A stretch of DNA of 64,000 nt from IMG/VR virus record IMGVR_UViG_3300028591_000180, positions 1 through 64,000 of that record. The stretch is one strand, 5' to 3'. A program made the position numbers and the translations under genes. Positions 58,635-64,000 of this stretch are shown in pieces (the first letter of the stretch is position 1; each line of letters starts with the position of its first letter). The notes below the pieces were generated by a model. It saw nothing but the letters and a program-made list of their open reading frames with translations, was not told the origin of the DNA and made no database searches. This stretch comes from a virus (lineage: Duplodnaviria > Caudoviricetes).

Positions 58635-60116
58635 ATGGGATTAAAATTATATTCAGAAGAAGATATACAAGAGATTGCTAATGCCATAAGATTAAAAAGG
58701 GGTAGTACATCTGCTTATTCAATTTCTGAGATGGCTAGCCAATTGAGTGATTTACACGGTACAGATTATATTTATTCTTATTTTACTAAAACTTTACAAA
58801 CTTTAAATTTTAGTGATATTAGTTATATTAAGCATTATTTCTTTTTTAATCAAACATCACTACTAAAGTTAAGTGCTCCAAATTGTTTAAGTATTGGAAG
58901 CAGTGCTTTTTATTCTTGTACAGCTTTATCTGAGATTTATTCTCCCAGCGTCTCATCAATAGGCTCTTACGCCTTTTATTCTTGCTCAAATTTAGTTTCA
59001 GCTAATTTTCCTCTTTGCACTTCAATAGGTTGATATACCTTTCAGGGATGTTATAACCTGGTCTCGGCTAACATGCCTTCTTTATCAGTTTCTCTTCCAC
59101 AATACGCTTTTGCCTATTGCAGTTCTTTGGCTGCGGCAGATTTCCCTCTTTGCAGTATTGTTGAACGTGGGGCTTTCATGTATTGTACAGCTTTATCTAG
59201 TATTAATTTTCCTATTTGCTCTAGTGTTGGTAGTTCCACTTTTTTAAGGTGTAGCTCTTTAACTACAGCAGATTTCTCCTCCTGTATTAATATTGGGGGA
59301 AATGCGTTTCAATATTGTATTGGTTTAGTTTCAATTAGTTTCCCTATTTGCACTACAATAGGTCCTTATGCTTTTTTGGGGTGTAGCTCTTTAACTACAG
59401 CAAATTTCCCTTCTTGTACTTCAATGAGCATGTCTGCTTTTATGAGTTGTTACAACTTAAGAGAAGCTAATTTTCCTGTATGTACTACTATTAAAGAGTC
59501 AACCTTTTGCAGGTGTTCTTCACTATCATCAATTAGTTTTCCTCTTTGTTCTTATATTGGAAGCTATGCTTTTGCTTATTGCAGTGCCTTGACTGAGGTA
59601 GATTTCTCACTTTGTACTATCTTATATAATGGAGCATTTGAATATTGTTATAGTTTAATTCAAGTTAGTTTCCCTATTTGTACTACTCTTCGGCAAAATA
59701 CTTTTATGGCCTGTTCTAAATTATCTGAGGCTAATTTCCCGTCTTGTACCTCTATATATGGTGGAGCTTTTAGCGGTTGTTGAAGCCTAGACTCAGTAAG
59801 TTTTCCGATCTGTATTTATGTGGGTAGTTCAGCCTTCCAATACTGTTCAAGCCTATCTATTATTAGTTTTCCTTCTTGTAGTATTATCTATTCTAGTGCT
59901 TTTTATAGATGTTTTAATTTATTATCTTTATATTTAATGGGTAGTAGTGTTTGTACATTATCAAATGTGAATGCTTTTACGTCAACTCCGATTTCAAACT
60001 ACACAACTTCAACTGGCGGAGTACATGGTTCAATCTATGTACCAGCTTCGCTTTACGATACTTATATAGCTTCTACTAATTGGGCTACTTATTCTGCAAG
60101 ATTTGTAAGTGTTTAA
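58635..60116 (+). CDS. BspA-type LRR protein 2, putative receptor-binding (493 aa under TGA=Trp)
   Basis: Three track ORFs in one frame joined by TGA 59031 and 59781; paralog of 57483. Confidence 0.85.
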
Positions 60117-60152
60117 TGTATAATATTTCATAAACTTTATTAAGGAGAAGAT

Positions 60153-61130
60153 ATGAAATTACAAATTTTAATTCCACAATATAAAGAAACTGATGATGTA
60201 GTTAAGCCTCTCTTAGACAGTATTGCGATACAACAAAGTGTGGATTTAAACGAAGTAGGAGTTATTATTACAAACGATGGAAGTGACGTTAAGTTAACAG
60301 AAGATTTTTTAAATAGTTATCCTTTCAAAGTAGAATATTATCAAAATAAACATGAAGGTGTTTCGGCTACAAGAAATTATTGTTTAGATAAATCAACAGC
60401 AGATTATGTAATGTTCTGTGATGCTGATGATATGTTCTATCATGTGTGCGGATTATATATTATTTTTAGGGAAATGAACGTAGGCTTCGATGCTTTAATC
60501 TCAGCTTTTTTAGAAGAAACAAGGAATCCGGAAAATAAAGAAGAGATCCTATATATCACAAGGGAGATGGACAGTACTTTCGTTCATGGAAAGGTTTATA
60601 GAAGACAATATCTTTTAGATAATAATATAAGATTTAATCCTAAGCTTACAATTCATGAAGATAGTTATTTTAATTGTCTAGCCCAGAAAATGACTTTAAA
60701 CGCTAAATATTCTCAGCTTCCCTTCTATCTTTGGAAATGGAGAGATGAGAGTGTTTGTAGACATGATCCAAAATATATTTTAAAAACTTATAATAATATG
60801 CTTGACAGCAATACTGCTTTGGTACAAGAATTTATTAAGAGAAGAAGAATCACTGATGCTCAATTCTATGCTACTGCAATGATCTATGATGCCTATTTTA
60901 CTATGAATAAGGATGAGTGGATAAACCAGGAAAACATTGAATATAGAAGAGCTACTGAAAAGAGATTCAAACAATATTATATTACCTTTAAAGAATATTA
61001 TGAAACTGTTGATAAACAGGTAAAGGCTCAAATAGTGATGGGTATTAAAAACAGAATGTTCCAAGAAGGACTTTTAATGGAAACAATTACTTTTGATAAT
61101 TGGATTCAACATGTAATAACTGAGTATTAA
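60153..61130 (+). CDS. glycosyltransferase family 2
   Basis: ILIPQY, NDGSD, GVSATRN, YVMFCDADD, HEDSYF. Confidence 0.88.
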   Translation: MKLQILIPQYKETDDVVKPLLDSIAIQQSVDLNEVGVIITNDGSDVKLTEDFLNSYPFKVEYYQNKHEGVSATRNYCLDKSTADYVMFCDADDMFYHVCGLYIIFREMNVGFDALISAFLEETRNPENKEEILYITREMDSTFVHGKVYRRQYLLDNNIRFNPKLTIHEDSYFNCLAQKMTLNAKYSQLPFYLWKWRDESVCRHDPKYILKTYNNMLDSNTALVQEFIKRRRITDAQFYATAMIYDAYFTMNKDEWINQENIEYRRATEKRFKQYYITFKEYYETVDKQVKAQIVMGIKNRMFQEGLLMETITFDNWIQHVITEY

Positions 61131-61159
61131 TTCTCAGTATTTAGGGAAGGAGACATATA

Positions 61160-62284
61160 ATGTCAGCTAAAAAAATTATTTATTTTAGAATGCCATTAGT
61201 TAATACTGGCATCACGACTTATTACTCCACCAAGCATAGAGCTATTGATATGGGATGGAATAAGAATTATGGTGGGAAGACAGCTCCTGTTTATTCAATT
61301 AGCCGTGCTGTAGTATCAAGAATTTATAAGACTACTACAGGTGGAAATATTCTGGAATTAAGACATAATGAAGGCGAGACTACCTGGATTCAGCAGTTTA
61401 AACACCTTTCCAAGGTTGGTGTTAAGGTAAATCAGAAAGTTAATATGGGTGAGCATATTGCTAATATGGGTTCTACTGGTACTGCTGCTACTGGACCACA
61501 TTTACATTATGCCTTATATAAATGTCCATTAGGTACTATGGTACCACAGACTAAGTGGGCAGTAAATCCTCTTGAATATACTTACGCCTATGATGATCAG
61601 GTAGTACAGGCAAAGAGTGCTAGTAAGGTAAAGAGAGTTTATGGTGTTCCTTATTGCTTTGCTGGAAATGTCCCGTTTGAGAATGATTCAACTGTTGATT
61701 CAGTAGAAGTTCTGGGTGACATGAATTGCCGTGACGCTGCTAAGGGAAAGGTTTTAGGAGAGTGTGTAAATGGCTTCTTTAAGTTTACTGATAAAGCTAA
61801 GAAAGGTGATTATACCTGGTATAAGATTGGCGACAACCGTTGGGTAGCCAATGTAAATGGAAAGGTAGAAGTAATTCCTGCTGGTTCAGCCAAGCTTGCT
61901 GCTCAGTCTGTATACGATGATGGCGATAATTCCCTAATCATTCCGGATGATCAGATTGGTATCGACTACGATGTTGAAGAAATTGATAATGCTGATCCAA
62001 ACGAAGAGATTGAAGATTTTGAAGTTGATAATGGTGAAGTAGAAATTGTTGGATTCCACTTCTCAGATCATGCCTACGAAGTAGCAAAATACATTGCTAT
62101 GATCGTGTTACCAGCTGTTGCTACTTTATATTCAACTTTATCTTCAATTTGGAATTTCCCATTCCAGGATGAGATCCCAGCTACTGTAATGGCCATCGAT
62201 TTATTCATGGGTGCCTTACTTAAGATTTCAAGTGATAATTATTACAAGAGTCTAGAAAAGGCTTCTATGGCTAAGAAAGGCTAG
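61160..62284 (+). CDS. M23 peptidase endolysin + SH3-like domain fused to a C-terminal Dp-1-like holin
   Basis: HRAIDMG, FKHL, STGTAATGPHLHY; YTWYKIGDNRWVA; acidic linker; YEVAKYIAMIVLPAVATLYSTLSSIWNFP...AIDLFMGALLKISSDNY. Confidence 0.8.
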   Translation: MSAKKIIYFRMPLVNTGITTYYSTKHRAIDMGWNKNYGGKTAPVYSISRAVVSRIYKTTTGGNILELRHNEGETTWIQQFKHLSKVGVKVNQKVNMGEHIANMGSTGTAATGPHLHYALYKCPLGTMVPQTKWAVNPLEYTYAYDDQVVQAKSASKVKRVYGVPYCFAGNVPFENDSTVDSVEVLGDMNCRDAAKGKVLGECVNGFFKFTDKAKKGDYTWYKIGDNRWVANVNGKVEVIPAGSAKLAAQSVYDDGDNSLIIPDDQIGIDYDVEEIDNADPNEEIEDFEVDNGEVEIVGFHFSDHAYEVAKYIAMIVLPAVATLYSTLSSIWNFPFQDEIPATVMAIDLFMGALLKISSDNYYKSLEKASMAKKG

Positions 62285-62307
62285 TTAAAATTTTAATTAT
62301 AATAAAA

Positions 62308-62332
62308 TAGGTACCTTAGGGTACCTTTTTTC
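62308..62332 (+). terminator. intrinsic terminator
   Basis: AGGTACC-TTAG-GGTACCT followed by T-tract. Confidence 0.75.
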
Positions 62333-62350
62333 TTTGCTAAATTTATATAT
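62333..62350 (+). promoter_or_regulatory. putative late promoter, copy 5
   Basis: TTTGCTAAATTTATATAT. Confidence 0.55.
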
Positions 62351-62365
62351 AATAGGAGGTTTTGT

Positions 62366-63202
62366 ATGTCTGAAGAAAATAATGAATTCGGATTTGGTTG
62401 TTTACCTGGAAAGATAGACTTAAGAGATTATAAAATTAAACGAGAGGTAGCTATGGCTTATAATTACCCTGAGACTTTTTCTTTAGAGCATCCTCCAGTA
62501 AAAAACCAAGGAGCTGTAGGATCTTGTGTAGCTCATGCTACATCTGAGATTCTTGAGTCTCATTTAAAAGAATATAAGAAATTATCTACAAATTTTTTGT
62601 ATGGCATTCATTATAAATTATTTGGTAGCAAGGGCCCTGGGATGTATTTACGAGAGGCCTGTAAGATAGCTAAAGATTATGGTGACCCAGAAGAAATTTT
62701 TTGTAAAGGAAATACTGAAGTTCCACATGTTTATTCAATGGCTGAGAATTCTTTTAAGGATCCATCCGTTTTAGAAAATGCTAATAAGTATAAAATTAAT
62801 AGCTATGTTAAACTTAGGACAGAAAATGATATTAAATATTCATTAATGTATCATGGGCCAGTATTAATCAGTGTTGAATGATTTTCTGATTATGAGTTTA
62901 AATACTCAACTGGGATTTTATCTCCTGGTGTAAAAAGTGCTGGGCTGCATTGTATTATGATTTATGGGTGAAATGAAGATGGTTGGTTATGCCAGAATTC
63001 ATGGGGAGAGCTCTGAGGTAAAAACGGTTGTTTTGTTCTTCCTTATACTTATGAAATCAATGAGGCTTATGCCTTAATTTCTGATCCTTCTAGAGACGAT
63101 ATAAATAAAGTTAAAAGGTGTAAGCTTTTAGATTTTATGTATAAAATATTAAATAATTTAATAAATTGGTTTGTTGATGTATTTAGGTGACTTAAGAAAT
63201 AA
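62366..63202 (+). CDS. papain-like C1 cysteine peptidase (278 aa under TGA=Trp)
   Basis: NQGAVGSCVAHA; HCIMIYG-W-NEDGWLCQNSWGEL-W-GKNG; TGA at 62879, 62969, 63014, 63188. Confidence 0.9.
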
Positions 63203-63858
63203 TGAAAATTTGTGTTGGGATAATAAGCTACTTACCTGATGGTGAGAGTATCAGGTTTCAGAGGTTTAAAAAATTAATTAATTTACTCTCAAGAATAGAT
63301 AAGGTTTTTAAGTTGCCTATTTTAATAATAGCTCAAAACTGAAAAGATTGTGAAATACCAGTGCTACAGAATTCTTTATTAATTATTTATAGCTACGACG
63401 AAGGTCTAGGAATTACTGGGGCAAGAAGAGCCCTTCGAGATAAATTTATTAATTCTGAGTTTGATTATTTAATAATGTTAGATGACGACTCTGAATTGAT
63501 TGGTGATGAAAGAGATGGGATGGAATACTTATCTCAGATCTATTCTCACCCAAACATGTATGGTGTTTTTAAAAGTATGTTGCTGAAGCTTTTTGCTATC
63601 TCAAAAGAAATGTATAAGAAAATAGATTTTCCAAAGGGAGAAGCTGCCAATGGTGATTTTTTCGAAGACATGTATTTAATTATGGCTTTAGAAAAATTAT
63701 ACCCATCAAAGAAATTTACTTTTAAAAGAAATGGAATAAATGAGTATTCTAATTCAGCTAATGATTCGTTATCTACCTGATATCATAAGCAGTTTGTTAA
63801 AAGGAAGATAGGCGATAATACTAGAGAAATGATAAGGAAATTAAAGCATGTCAACTAA
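63202..63858 (+). CDS. putative glycosyltransferase (GT-A fold; 218 aa under TGA=Trp)
   Basis: ATG 63202; TGA at 63340 and 63778; GITGARRALR and YLIMLDDD motifs. Confidence 0.7.
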
Positions 63859-64000
63859 ATGTATCGGAATAATAAGTTATCTACCAGATGATCCAGAATT
63901 AAGAGAAATTAGGAAATCTAGATTATTATCACTATTAAAACAATGTGATGATTGATTTAAGATTCCTATTATTATTGTAGCTCAGAATTGAGGCCAGGAT
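63848..64000 (+). CDS. paralog of 63202 (3'-truncated by window edge)
   Basis: CIGIISYLPD...IIVAQN-W matches the preceding gene; TGA at 63953 and 63989. Confidence 0.7.

Noticed and set aside
57483-60116. Diversity-generating retroelement TR/VR pair
   Set aside because: The shared block is exactly identical with no adenine-specific mismatches, both copies are coding, and there is no reverse transcriptase in the window
61160-62284. Mycoplasma/Mollicute (natively code 4) host as a trivial explanation
   Set aside because: A peptidoglycan M23 hydrolase, holins and the absence of sense TGA from early genes fit a walled standard-code host better; not formally excluded without host assignment
46588-63202. 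TGA = Gly (code 25) or selenocysteine
   Set aside because: Aligned family motifs and the TGA/TGG paralog pair require Trp; there is no selenoprotein context
2632-64000. Many genes apparently broken by premature stops (pseudogenes or sequencing errors)
   Set aside because: Every interruption is TGA, never TAA/TAG or a frameshift, and several sit on conserved Trp positions; this indicates recoding, not decay
1-64000. Prophage or bacterial chromosome segment (because of recA, gyrAB, permease, lipoprotein)
   Set aside because: No integrase, attachment site or housekeeping context; these genes share the phage's promoters, strand and (for the permease) genetic code

Overview
64-kb, AT-rich fragment of a large tailed dsDNA phage (jumbo-type Caudoviricetes). 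All credible genes are on the + strand. SigmaA-like promoters, GGAGG RBSs, LL-H/Dp-1-type holins and an M23 peptidoglycan hydrolase point to a walled Bacillota (Firmicutes) host. The phage reads TGA as Trp (code 4). By manual translation I count 42 in-frame TGA codons in 20 genes, several at invariant Trp positions (papain GW/WG, CBM 'NNVWEPG', 'VQSDWN', and a TGA/TGG pair between LRR paralogs). Many ORFs in the supplied code-11 track are therefore fragments, and I rejoined them. Content: anaerobic RNR (nrdH-like, nrdD, distant nrdG); a ~7-kb early array of small MRLIDAD-family genes joined by a repeated 14-nt junction; type IIA topoisomerase B and A subunits; a 1170-aa multi-domain enzyme; a nucleoside/nucleobase scavenging operon; recA; a 1073-aa polyprotein of modules separated by nine ESLNE-type linkers; a MoxR-AAA/metallopeptidase/VWA module; a long tail/fibre/LRR block; an endolysin-holin fusion; a C1 peptidase and glycosyltransferases. 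Two promoter classes, a repeated terminator-promoter cassette, an iteron-like repeat and a stand-alone structured ncRNA candidate are also visible. No tRNA, CRISPR array, integrase or reverse transcriptase was found. All family assignments come from motif recognition, not database searches.
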